Notes: generated by a model from the letters alone, not told the origin. 64,000 nt of DNA from Candidatus Marinacidobacterales bacterium (GCA_965219415.1 CBDCNP010000002.1:1856001-1920000); one strand, 5' to 3'. Positions 52,999 through 64,000 are shown, numbered from the stretch's first letter. Made by a program: numbers and translations.

Positions 52999-53545
52999 GT
53001 GAGAGTGTGTCGATATGTTTCAACAAGGGGCGGCTCAGCACGGAGCCCCAGCAATAGGCGAGCGTCCCAGCGACGAGGGCGGCCATGCCGGCGAGTGTCG
53101 GTGCTTCCTCCTGAACCGAAAGCTTGGGCAGAAACAGAATCGCGAGCCCCAAGACCCCCACCCCGATGGAAACCAATTTTCGCATTGAGAAGGACTCTTC
53201 GTGGGAGGCGAGCCCGATCGCAAAGAGTCCAACTGGAATGAGCGCCAGGTTGACCACTGCGGAGACCCCGCTGGAAACGTGTTGCATCCCCCAGAATAGG
53301 AATCCGTAGCAGGCGGTGTTCACGAGTAGCGCCGCGATGGCGATGCGCGGCCAGTAGTGGGAAGGCCAAGAGCTGCCGCCGTATAGTCTGCCGAGAAATA
53401 TCAGAAGACTTCCCGCCACGAGAAATCTGGACGACGCAAAAAGAAAAGGCGGCAGCGCCGTAACGCCGGTCTTGATGGCAATCCAGGTCAGTCCCCAGAT
53501 GAGGCACATGAGCGCAAAGAGGAGGTGTTTCCGTGTCATGGGCAA
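52982..53545 (-). pseudogene. EamA/DMT transporter, 3'-truncated
   Basis: LIWGLTWIAIK, PPFLFASSRF; only 187 aa. Confidence 0.8.
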
Positions 53546-53659
53546 GGCATCTCCAGGGCCATTTGAATTCTAACCACTCTAGAGGTTAGAACAATACATC
53601 TTGACGGGCGGTGAGTCAACCTGTACGGTGGTTAGAAATAGAGGGGCGTAGGAAAAGGC

Positions 53660-54355
53660 ATGACCCAACCCGATCGGCCGGCGGCCCGATTGAGCCGATT
53701 GAGTCGGATCGGAGGGCGGCTCTGCCTCGATTTCGTCAACACCGTGGGCTGGCGGTTCACCACCCGACCCAACGAATGGCTGCGAAGCTACAGCGACTTG
53801 GTTAACTGGAGCTTGCAGACCGGCGTCCTCGATCGAGCGCAAGCCAACGAGCTCCTACGATTGGCCCGCGGAACAGAGGAAGAAGCCGCGTCGACCCTGG
53901 CGCGGGCTCGGAAACTCCGCGAGGCCCTCTACCTACTGTTGGACAGATGGCGTCGAGGACGGTCCGAGGCCGAGGGAGAGCTGCGGCTTTTGAACCAGGA
54001 GCTGGGCCGGGCACCGGAGAGGTTGCGCCTTCGCTGGCAGAAGAGCGGTTTCGTTTGGGAGGAGAAACTGAGCCCCGTCTGTCTCGAGCGCGTGATCTGG
54101 CCGATCGCCTGGTCGGCTTCCGAGCTATTGACCACCGGCGTGCCGCAGCGACTCAAGCTCTGTGCCGGTGAAGGGTGCGGATGGTTTTACCTCGATGAAA
54201 GCCGCAACCGGAGCCGTCGGTGGTGCTCGATGAGCGATTGCGGCAATCGGGAAAAGGCTCGACGCCACTACGCCCGGAGCAAGGGCTCGGCCGGAAGCGC
54301 AACGAAGTCCAGAGGCTCTGGCGCTGTGGGCGCGAGAAGAAAGGCAAGGTTATGA
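53660..54355 (+). CDS. ABATE/CGNR zinc-finger protein
   Basis: LCLDFVNT..C.GEGCGWFYLDESRNRSRRWCSMSDCGNREKARRH. Confidence 0.93.
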   Translation: MTQPDRPAARLSRLSRIGGRLCLDFVNTVGWRFTTRPNEWLRSYSDLVNWSLQTGVLDRAQANELLRLARGTEEEAASTLARARKLREALYLLLDRWRRGRSEAEGELRLLNQELGRAPERLRLRWQKSGFVWEEKLSPVCLERVIWPIAWSASELLTTGVPQRLKLCAGEGCGWFYLDESRNRSRRWCSMSDCGNREKARRHYARSKGSAGSATKSRGSGAVGARRKARL

Positions 54356-54654
54356 TCGCGAGAATTTGGCACGGCATCGTCCCGGAAGCCAAGGCCGAGG
54401 CCTACACCGAGTATCTGAAGCGGACCGGTATTCCTGGCTACCGGGCGGCCCCCGGCAACCGTGGGGTCCAACTGCTTCGCTGCCTCGAGGACGGAAAGGC
54501 GCACTTTCTCCTGCTGACGCATTGGGAGTCGATGGACGCCATCCGTCGCTTCGCGGGAGACGACCCCGAGAAGGCTCGCTACTACCCGGAAGATGCCCAA
54601 TTTCTCATCGAGCTCGAGCCGCGGGTGAGGCATTACGAGCCGGTCGACGTTTGA
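54352..54654 (+). CDS. Antibiotic biosynthesis monooxygenase-like protein
   Basis: MIARIWHG..PGNRG..WESMDAIRRFAG..ARYYPED. Confidence 0.85.
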   Translation: MIARIWHGIVPEAKAEAYTEYLKRTGIPGYRAAPGNRGVQLLRCLEDGKAHFLLLTHWESMDAIRRFAGDDPEKARYYPEDAQFLIELEPRVRHYEPVDV

Positions 54655-54699
54655 GCTTCGACCTCGGGTTCCCAGATAATCACGAACATGGAGGTAGCT

Positions 54700-56186
54700 A
54701 TGACCGCACGAACGATTCGGCAATTAGGTTTCGTCTTACCGCTGCTGTTAGCGTTTGTATCTCCACCTCGGGCGCTTTGCGCTCAAAAGACACAGAAGAT
54801 CAGCAAGAATCTCATAAAGCGTGCGGAAAAGAGCGTCGAGGAAATTGAGAAGACCGAAAAGCAGCTCGAGACAACAGTTAAGAAATACAACGACCTTCTC
54901 AAGAAGAACAAAGTCAAAGACCGGCAGAAAGAATACAAAAAACTCAACGACGAGCTGAAAAAGACCGATAAGCGGGTGGGCGAGCTTCGCAAGCGCAACG
55001 ACGAGGTGCAGAAAGAGGCGAACAAGTTCTTCACCGAGTGGTCCAAGGGGCTGAGCAAGATCAACGATCCCCAGCTGCAGACCGCCGCTCAAGAGAACCT
55101 CGACCGAACCCAGTCCCGTTTCGGCGAGATCACTGCGGCCGGCAGCAAGGCCGGTGACGCTTACAACAAGTTTCTCACCGACTTGAAAAAACGGGTTTAC
55201 GCGGATTCGTGTGGGTAAGTTCTGACGGAAAAACAGTGTAACTCATTGTGTGGAAAAGGTATCGAGTACTTCATCAGGTGCTGAAAAGTGGTCCATTTTT
55301 AGGATAGGCTAACCGAGTGAAAAATTCCCAGTCGATCCGCTCGCTGTTTGCGCTGCCAGGTTTCGTGGTTGGTGCCGGATTGAAGGGTCTATTCGGTGAC
55401 CGATACGCCCGTGTCATCCAGCTCAAGAGGCGAAAAAAACAGCTGTGTGCTCTTACTGTGGGCAACGGTGCCGGGACAAGTTTCATATCATGCGTCATCT
55501 GTCAAAGGCCCTCGATGAGGTCCGGCGCGGTGAGTACAAACGCCTCAGCGGCAAGGACCGGTCGTACATCAAGGGGCAGCGTTACACTTTGCTTTCCCGG
55601 CGGGAGAACCTGAGCCTAGACGGTCGCCGCGCACTCAAAAAGTTGCTCCAGGCCAACCGGCGCCTGAACACCGCCTATATTTTGAAGGAGGCCTTCGGGC
55701 AACTCTGGGATTACCGCACCGAACGCGGCGCTCGCGCCTTTTTCACCCGTTGGAAAGACAGCCTCAAATGGCAACGCCTGCATCCGTACCAGAAGTTCGC
55801 CGGTATGATTTGAGTCCCATTGGGATGGTATCGCCTCCTACTGTCATCCGGAGAACAAAGTCAGTCTCGGCCTAGTTGAAGGGGTCAACAACAAAATCCG
55901 TGTTCTGCAAACGACGCGCCTACGGCTATCGCGACGAGGAATATCTCAAGCTGAAGATCGTGGCGGCTTTCCTTCCGCCATTACCCAGAAATGCAGTTTT
56001 CAACCCACACGAATCCGCGTAGACCCAAAAAAACAGACTAGCTATCTGGCCCTCGACATGAGCGACGACGCGATGGCGAAACTGAAGGCGGCCCAGCAAA
56101 CGACGAACGCCGACGCGAAAGCGCTCTTCAAGTCGATCGATGACCTCGCCGACGCTACCAACAGCTACATCAAGTCTTTGAAATAG
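54700..56186 (+). pseudogene. Secreted coiled-coil protein (DUF2959-like) interrupted by ISL3
   Basis: FFTEWSK..FLTDLKK resumes as QTSYLALDMS..IKSLK* across the IS. Confidence 0.7.
55193..56026 (+). mobile_element. ISL3 copy 2, internally deleted (~550 bp) non-autonomous derivative
   Basis: Same TIRs as 38787-40170; joins GGTGCCGGG directly to ACAAGTTTC. Confidence 0.93.
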
Positions 56187-56289
56187 AACGGTTGAGAGTG
56201 TGATCCTTGTCCTATCTGGGACGCGGACCTTCCAGTAGGTTAGTCCACTGCCCGATTGTTCTCGCTGAAGAGCTATCCACGCGCCGAGG

Positions 56290-57190
56290 GAGGTAGAGAT
56301 GCCCCAGATCACGAAGCAGCAAAAGGGAAGCCTGCGATACCGCACAGAAAGCACTCAAAGGAAACCCGGGAGTCGTCTCGGTGGGGGTTGGCTACCGCTA
56401 CCGTAACGGTAAGCGCACCGACGAGGTCTGTATTGTCGTCGGCGTCAAGAAGAAGCTTCCGGAGGAGCAGGTTCCGGCCGGGCAAATGGCGTCATCGAGT
56501 ACGGAGAGCTGAAGCCACACTCACTTACCCAGCGGAGGCGCCCTTGTCCTCCCGGCTACTCTATCGGGCACCCGCAGATTACCGCCGGCACGTTGGGTGC
56601 ATGGGTGAAGCGCGGCACCGGCCAGGAGCACTACATCCTCTCCAACAACCACGTGATCGCCAATTCGAATGACACGACCCTGGGCGTCCTCATTCGACAG
56701 CCGGGTCCCGCCGACGGTGGTACGGATGACGATCGCATCGCTCGGTTGACCGAGTACGTCCAGATTCGCTTCGATGACGATCAGAACGGAAACGGCGGCA
56801 AGAAATCCAGCTCCTCTTTCGCGTGGAAGGCGTGGAAGTGGCCCGCCAATTTTCTGGCACGCGCGATGGGCTGTCCTTACCGATTAATGGTGGCGCGGCC
56901 GAACCTCGTCGATCAGCCACACCCCAATCTGGTCGACGCCGCTATTGCTCAGGTCATCCTGGAGAGCAACGTGGACCAGGACATTCCAGAGATCGGCGAG
57001 ATCCAGGGGATCGCAGACCTGCAGCTCGGCGACCGTGTTCAGAAGACCGGGCGAACTACCGAGCACACCACCGGCATGGTGGAGGTGGTGGGAGCGGAAA
57101 GTATCGTGAATTACGGTGCCGGCAAGGGCAACGCCACCTTCAACGATCAGCTTGTCATCAGAGCGGACAGTGGAGATTTTTCTGCCCGCG
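56290..57190 (+). pseudogene. Trypsin-like (S1, Nal1-like) serine protease, frameshifted and cut before the catalytic Ser
   Basis: GYSIGH..TAGTLG, ILSNNHV, QPG..DGG, VDAAIA, VQKTGRTT; FSA not followed by GDSGS. Confidence 0.75.
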
Positions 57191-58953
57191 CGGGCATGTC
57201 TCTGGAGCCGATCCTGCGCAGCCGACTCGCCTCCCGATAGCTCGTTCAGGTTGTCGTTAATGTAGTCTCGGGCACGTTCGTCTCCGACGGCGAAGACGTC
57301 GAGACTCTCGAGCGCCTTGACCTCGCGCTCGTAGCCTCGAGCAACAATGTTGGCCGCCTCCCGGAGATCCTCCTGGGGATCCTTCGGGGACGATTGCCAC
57401 AAGAGATCCATGGCGCGGCGTTCCTCCCCCGCAAGGCGCGCCCGGGCTTTACCCAGTGCGTTTTGAACAAGCACGGGTATTTCCCGGGGGCCCGCATTGG
57501 CCAGAATGTACGCAGACGCACCGACGATAACGGTGGCGCGCTTCATTTGTGTTGCGTCGGCGCGCTCTTTGGTATCCTCATTGGTCCCGATGTACGGATC
57601 GGGTCAGGTGTTGAGCAATACCGCGTTAATACCGAGTGGCGTGACGTCCTCGTGATCGCTAGGTCCCCAGAACTCTTCGATCTTGTAGAAAAACTGATCG
57701 CGACTCCCCGATGGTTCTAGTATTGGCAGAAGGAACTGGACTCCGCGATGCGGGAGTGAGGTCGTATTGCCGGCGGCCACGGTTTCGAACATCTCTTGGA
57801 CCACGTCATTGACGAACGAAGGCGTAGAAAAAGGGGTCCGGTAGAGTCGGAGTATGGACTTGCTGAGCTCCTGGTGATCGCCCACCATGTCCAGGTTGAG
57901 AAGCGCCAGCACCGATGGGATCGCTTCCGGGTTCTGGTAAAAGTAATAAATGATCGCCTTGTGCTCTGCACCCCAAATGAAATGGATGTTTCGGCGAGGC
58001 CTCGGGAGTTTGCCGCCGGCAATGAGGGAAGCGAGAGTCCGGGCCAAATCTACCGTCGCCCCCACGCCGGTCAGGTTGTTGCCTCCCGCTGAGCTTCGGT
58101 AGTTGTTGTGAGCTTGGATCCAAACCGCGGGTAGATCCGGCTCGGTACCCGGAATCGTGGCGTGGACCTGTGGGTAGTAACCGTCGCGCCGCGTCTCGGT
58201 GTCTACCCCGGCGTGCAGGACGAGTCGTTCTCCTGCTCGTAGCCGCTCGGAAAGCTCCCGGCCGGCACGATAAGAAATGGAAAAAGCAAAAGCAGGAGGC
58301 TCGCCGTTCGGGCCATCCCGGTGGTCGAGGGAGGCCGAGCGGATGAGGTCCGGCTCATCGTAGTGGTTCTGAACGCGGTAAACCAAAACGCCCGCCGCTT
58401 TGTTCTCCCAAACCGCGAGACTGTGAACGTCGCCGGCGCTGCCAGAGGCGAGAACGATTTTGCCTGCCACCGACTTGCCTTCGTAATCCGACGGGGAGGT
58501 GCCGGCTCCCACATCCACGAGCTCGGTGGTGATGTCCGCACTGCGACTGAACCGCGCCAAGTAGCCCCGATATGCGTCGAAGCTCGCAATCCTCTTTCGT
58601 TCCGGCTCGACGAGCCAAAGCTCTGCCCTCTTGGCTTCCCACCATGGCTCGGACCGAAACGCCCAATAGAAGAGCTTCCCGTCTGACGGAAACTTCTCGA
58701 TGTGGACGTTGGATAACCCGGAAGCTCTTGCCCGCTCGGCCAGGTATTCCGCGATCTGTTCGGCCCCTCGCGACGGGGCGTAACCGGAAAAGGCAAGCAA
58801 GTTCCCGAAGTGGACCAGCCCCTTCTCGCCCGAGCTTTCGTCGATGAGAGCCTTGAACGACCGGTCGTCTATAAGTGTCGAAGATTGCCCTGACGCCAAA
58901 CCACTGGCGCCGCAAACATAAAGGACGGCCGCGAAAAGGACCCCTGGTTTCAT
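57190..58953 (-). pseudogene. M28 family peptidase with PA domain, frameshifted (~57604) and truncated
   Basis: Signal peptide, ELVDVGAG..DYEGKSVAGKIVL, FIWGAE, LNLDMVG, GPSDHED. Confidence 0.8.
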
Positions 58954-59246
58954 TGCCGTCGCCTCCTTTCCTGCCCGCCGACTGCTTGTGAAACTTTTCT
59001 GCGGACTGCTATACCACATTCCTTTTGGGGTACCAAAACCTCTCAAACCCCTTCAATCGTGGGCGCTTCCGCGGCCTGTGGAAATCCCTGTGGAAAACTA
59101 CCGGGGCCGACGTTTCAGCTGGCCAAGTATCTGCCTGGCTTGAACTTTGCCGGATAGGCTCAGATTGGGATATGTGGAAAAAGGGCTGTCGAGCGGCGGC
59201 TTCTCAGGCGAAATCGCCGTCCGGTCTAATAAAGTTAGGGCCTCGC

Positions 59247-60511
59247 TTAGGGACGCTTTTCGACCTCGCCACCCTTCATCACGAACCGTACCTCCTCCAT
59301 CACATCGATCCGCTGAATCGGGTCGCCGGGCACCGCCACAAGATCGGCTAGTCGTCCCGCCTCGATAACACCTCGATCCTCGAGACCAAGGAGATCTGCG
59401 GCATAGAGCGTGGCTGTTCGCACGGCCTCGAGCGGACTCATCCCACGATCCACGAGGGAGAGGAACTCCAGAAGGTTCTCGCCATGTGGATAAACGGCTG
59501 CGTCGGTTCCGAAAGCGATTTTGACGCCGGTTTTCGAATCGCCCGCCTGAGGCTTTCCTTGGCGATGGGCATCACATACTCCGCCTTGGCCCGAATGAGC
59601 GGTGGCAACGCGTCCAGATCGATGGAATCGGCCAAGTAGGTGGTCGGCACGAGGTAGGTTCCCTTCTTCTTCATCAACCGGATCGCCTCATCGTCGAGCA
59701 TCGACCCGTGCTCGATAGAGGCGACGCCGGCTCGGACCGCCGCGATGATCCCCTCCGTCCCGTGCGCGTGAGCAGCCACTTTGACCCCGTGGCGCTCCGC
59801 TTCCTCCACCATCGCCCGGAGCTCCTCGTAGGAATATTGCTGGGCGCCGACTGGCCCCTCGAAGGACAGAACGCCGGCCGTTGCACACGTCTTGATCACT
59901 TTCGCGCCGTGCTTGATCTGATAGCGAACCGCCTCGATCACCTCGTCGACGCCGTCGGCGATCCCTTCCTCGGGTCCCAGCTCGCGAATCCCCGGCGCAA
60001 AGCCGGTGGCATCGCAATGCCCACCGGTGATTCCGAGCGAGTTACGCGAGGGAATGACCCGAGGACTCTGGACCCGACCCTTTTCTTCCGCCCGGCTCAA
60101 AGCCACCGTGACCTGTCCACCGAAATCCCGTACCGTGGTGAATCCCGCCATCAACGTCTTACGCGCATTGCCGACACTTCGGTATGCCACGTCGGCGGGC
60201 CCCTCGACGACTTCGAGCATCCAAAACCCCGGCTCGAGGTCGTGCACAAGGTGGGTGTGGAGATCCATCAACCCCGGAAGAAGCGTCACGTCACCAAGGT
60301 CCAGGATCTTTGCTCCTCCAGGGGTCGATGAGGGGTTAACAGAGACGATCCTCTCGCCTTCGATCACGACAACGGCATCTTTAACAATCTCGCCCGCGAC
60401 GACGTCCAGCATCCGAGCCGCTCGCAAGACCGTCACCTCCGATGGAGTCTGCGCGGAGGCAGAACTGACAAGGAACGAGGAAATCAACAGCATCGTTAAG
60501 CGCAGTTTCAT
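59247..60511 (-). pseudogene. Metal-dependent amidohydrolase (Xaa-Pro dipeptidase-like), frameshifts near 59455-59535
   Basis: PGLMDLHTH, VAAHAHG, SIEHG; C-terminal GVIEAGRLADLVAV in another frame. Confidence 0.85.
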
Positions 60512-60567
60512 CTTTCTCTACTCCTTTTCAGGATGCGGAGGGGTGATGCGGTTGGTGAGGTCGAGGT

Positions 60568-61662
60568 CTACTCGATCGCGATGGGAGTCGGGACCTTGGT
60601 AACGGCGCAAGAGCGACATATCGATTCGCCCTCGGAACCAGGTTTGTCCCAAGTTCGCTCCCGGTGCGCTTCGCGGATGCGATCGAAGTTTGGACTCGCC
60701 CAGGATTCGCGGACGCTTAGACGAGGGCTCGCGGCTCCTTCGACCACCGGGCCGCCGTCGATCTCCAGGGTGAATCCCTGACAACATGGCATGGTGTGCT
60801 TGCCGTCCCAGGTCACCACCATCCGGCGAAAGGAATCCGTACATTGGAACTCTTCGGCGTTCAGCTGGCGCCACTGCGCCGCTTTCCAATGATGCTCCGA
60901 GCCGGCCGGAAAGTAGCACTCGCTTACCGACATCCAGTCGACGCCCATCTTGTCCTTCCAGAATTCTTCCATGCGCCCGCTATCCACGGCTTGCGCGTTC
61001 AAGTGGGTCCGGACGACAGAGGCGCGGATTCGACAATCGGGTGCCGCCTTGCCGCTTGCCCGAGTTTCGACCGCTCGGCGGACCGAGTTCAGCAGAACTT
61101 CCCAATCCCCACCCACCCTCTGGCGCCGGTAGCCCTCTTCATCACAGGCGTCGACGGAGAACATTAGATCCGTAATCCCCGCTTCGACGATCTCGGCGAA
61201 CAGATCCGGGTTCTTGCGACCGAGGCCGTTTCCGTTGGAGTTCATCATGATGTCCGGGAACTCCAACTCGACGGCGCGCGCTACGAAGTCCGCGATCTCG
61301 GGGTGCAGCGACGGCTCACCCCGGTAGTTCAGCTTGATGGAGCTCACTCCGATGTCCGCGCATTGGCGAAGCAAAACGTTGTACAGGTGGGGGTCCATGT
61401 AGCCGCGCATGTAGGTGTGATCCTCGAACCCTTGCGTCCGGATGTGCTCATGAGTCCATATCTGGCAAAAACCCTCCGGGTCTTCCTCCGAGCTGCCGCA
61501 GCGAAGGTCACACACCGCGACCGATTCCAGATCGACGTGCACGGGGTGGTCGGACGCATCGAGCTCCTCTCCCCGGCGGTCCCACTCCAACCGGTACTGC
61601 TCGTAGCGTTGGCTCCGCGTGGGGGCCTCTCCCAGGACTCTAAAGGTAGGGTCTTTACTCAT
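60568..61662 (-). CDS. Radical SAM protein with SPASM/Twitch-like domain
   Basis: CDLRC-x10-C, RGEPSLHP, NSNG, FSVDA, CTDSF..VTWDG..PCC, CRSC. Confidence 0.8.
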   Translation of the reverse strand: MSKDPTFRVLGEAPTRSQRYEQYRLEWDRRGEELDASDHPVHVDLESVAVCDLRCGSSEEDPEGFCQIWTHEHIRTQGFEDHTYMRGYMDPHLYNVLLRQCADIGVSSIKLNYRGEPSLHPEIADFVARAVELEFPDIMMNSNGNGLGRKNPDLFAEIVEAGITDLMFSVDACDEEGYRRQRVGGDWEVLLNSVRRAVETRASGKAAPDCRIRASVVRTHLNAQAVDSGRMEEFWKDKMGVDWMSVSECYFPAGSEHHWKAAQWRQLNAEEFQCTDSFRRMVVTWDGKHTMPCCQGFTLEIDGGPVVEGAASPRLSVRESWASPNFDRIREAHRERTWDKPGSEGESICRSCAVTKVPTPIAIE

Positions 61663-61667
61663 AGCGA

Positions 61668-63040
61668 GAGCTCTTGTCAATAGGTGTGTAAAAAAGTTCA
61701 GGCAGCAGCAACCTTCGACGACTCCGTTACCCTGTCTCCATCTTCAAATCGAACGCCCAGGTGAACCTCTCGCATCAGCTCCGGTGCGTTGAGCCGGCGA
61801 AAATTCTTCTCCGCAACCAGAAGCAGTTTGAAGATTGTCGCAGTGGCGGACTCGACTTTCTTGAACCTTTTGGCCGCATCCGTTCTCAATCTCAGTGCAG
61901 CGAACGGTGACTCCACGACGTTGCTCGTGCGAAGGTGTTGCCAGTGAGGCTTGGGAAAGGAATAGAAGCTGACCATCCGCTCCCAGTCCTCGTCGAGCAC
62001 GTGCGCGGCCCCCGGAAGACCCTTGCGCAAGCACCAATCCTGGAACTTGGCCTTCTTCGTCTCGCACTCCTGCAGGCTGGTGGGGTAGGGGATCGCCGTC
62101 AACAGCGGCTTGGCCTGCGCCTGGTCCCTTTTCGGAATCCGGTCCAGTACGTTGAGGATTCGGTGGTTCCAGCACCGCTGCTCCTCAGCTTCTGGAAATA
62201 CGTTTCGGGTCGCGGCCCAGATGCCGAGATGACCGTCACCGATCACCAAACGGGGACATCTCAGACCGCGCTTCTTCAGTCTCCGTAGCAGCGACGACCA
62301 TGACGCTTCGGATTCTCGATGCCCGGCCTCCAGCGTCAGGACGATTTTCGTCCCGTCGGACAGGCCACCAACCGCAACTAGCACCGCCGCCTTGTCCTTC
62401 TCAAGGCCGGCCTTCACGTACACGCCATCTATCCACAGGGACACGAGCTTGAGTTCGTCCAGTGGGCGAGCTAGCCACTGCTCGTACTCTCCCTGCCATT
62501 TTCTGTTTCAGCCGCGACACCGTGCTGGGAGAAAGTGGAGCGTCCTCCCCTAGAAGCCCGCGGAGCGCCAAATCGAAATCTCCGTGAGCTAATCCATGCA
62601 GGTACAGCTCCGGAATCAACTCGCTCACCGTTTCGCTCCGACGCTTGAACAGCGGAAGCACTCGACTTTCGAACCTCTCCTCCACGTCCCGTACTCTCGG
62701 CCGGCGAACCGTCACTGTGCCCACGCTCATCGTCAGCTTCCGAGGCTTACCGTATCCATTTCGATAGCCCGCCGTTGTGTCCACGGGCTTCCGTCTCTCC
62801 GATTTCTCACGCCCGAGAAGCTCCGTGACTTCGGCTACCATCAGCTCCTGCACCCAATCCTGGATCTCGAGCCTCGCCCACTTCTCCAGCGACTCCCAAG
62901 CCACCCTTGACGAGCTCCGTCGTCTTGTGGTCTTTTCCTTCATGGCGGTGTCTCCTTCCGTTGGCCCCTTCACGCCGTGTTTCGTGACGCGGAAGGTTAC
63001 TCCGCCTTTACTTTATTTCCACACCTTCTGAGGGTAGCTC
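61668..63040 (-). mobile_element. IS256 family type C (transposase 61698-62943, frameshift ~62498)
   Basis: TIR GAGCT..AGGTGTG, 8-bp TSD CATAGCGA, LWIDG, IGDGHLG, QRCWNH, RTSNVVES. Confidence 0.93.
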
Positions 63041-63109
63041 CATAGCGACGTCCAGCGGCCCTAAGTCTAACGGTTTTGCGTCGGTCAAGCCACACGCCCG
63101 AAATTTGAT

Positions 63110-63496
63110 CGATTAGCGGTAGCGGGCCTCCCAAGGACGGAGGCGGTCATAGAGGCGGGGGTCATCCGGCTGCGGCCGGTGCTCTTGACCGCGGTGACCA
63201 CGGTGCTAGGGCTCATTCCCTTGACCGTCGGTATGAACATCGACTTCTTCAACTGGACTATCACCACCGGCGGGGAATCCTCTCAATGGTGGAGCTCGAT
63301 GGGGGTAGCCGTCATCTTCGATCTGAGCGTCGCGACGGTGCTGACTCTGATTGTCGTGCCGGTGACCTACCACAGCTTAGAAGAACTTTCCGGCTCGATG
63401 CAGCGACTACCGGACCGGTTGCGCGGTTCCCGAAAACGTGCGGGCGGCGGGGAGTTCAAAGCCGATAAGCACGAAACCAAGTCAGTCGACGGGTAG
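63110..63496 (+). pseudogene. RND permease C-terminal fragment
   Basis: EAGVIRLRPVLLTAVTTVLGLIPL..VATVLTLIVVPVTY. Confidence 0.8.
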
Positions 63497-63732
63497 CGAT
63501 TGATGAGCCCCGGTTGCGCCGGCTATAATTCACTCCTCCGACATCCCGGGTCCATCATTAAGGCGAAGGCAAGCCTCGTCGGTCGGGTCGGAGCGCCGGG
63601 TGTGGCCTCGAGATTGGCGGCCGGAGCATGCGAAGTGGCTCCTCAATCATTAGAGGCAGCTCTTCTTCCCCAGGTGGCCCGTGGTGGCCCCCTAAGAGAC
63701 GACGACGTGATGCGAAGGAGATCGAGGAATGC

Positions 63733-63822
63733 GGAGGGGTGCAAGAGCGGCTTATCTGGCGAGCCCGGAAAGCTCGTGTACGGGCAACCGTACCGTGGGT
63801 TCGAATCCCACCCCCTCCGCCA
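63733..63822 (+). tRNA. tRNA-Ser(GGA)
   Basis: Long variable arm; CGAGC-CC GGA AA-GCTCG; GCCA end. Confidence 0.92.
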
Positions 63823-63871
63823 CGCGAACCGCACTTTGTGCGCACTAAGGATTTCGAAAGGACGTTGAGCT

Positions 63872-63984
63872 GCCCTGCGGTTCAGGTCCTGCGCGAGCCG
63901 AACCTGTGAACCCCGTCAGGCCCGGAAGGGAGCAGCGGTAAGCAGATCCTCGACTGTGCCGCAGGAGAACCTGGACCGCAGGGC
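63872..63984 (+). ncRNA. ffs: Signal recognition particle RNA (4.5S)
   Basis: Conserved GTCAGGCCCGGAAGGGAGCAGC loop in a long hairpin closed by GCCCTGCGG/CCGCAGGGC. Confidence 0.93.
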
Positions 63985-64000
63985 TTAATAGCGAGCTCGG

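Noticed and set aside
63110-63496. RND tail as the missing end of the 9615-12701 permease
   Set aside because: Both contain the R-x-RP-x-LLT segment with different sequence, so they are paralogs.

Overview
High-GC bacterial chromosomal window. It is probably from an Acidobacteriota-like lineage (inferred from the GWxTD/TPR/sulfatase cluster and the amidase-GerMN-rph-rdgB-tRNA block). An intact housekeeping core at about 17-27 kb sits among regions crowded with insertion sequences: three IS256 types, ISL3 x2, IS21, IS110/IS1111, rve-integrase elements and two MITE families, with many truncated or frameshifted genes. The window has seven tRNAs and the SRP RNA. Highlights: (1) a complete IS1111-type bridge/seekRNA element whose RNA guides match its own donor junction and its target, the terminal repeat of another element, with an empty 27-bp copy of that target at 2087-2113; (2) an ArsM-like methyltransferase with an in-frame UGA plus SECIS-like hairpin (probable selenoprotein); (3) a 3-kb inversion shown by swapped target-site duplications of two IS256 copies; (4) a radical SAM enzyme with a CX3CX10C motif. 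All calls were made by eye from motifs; no database searches were run.
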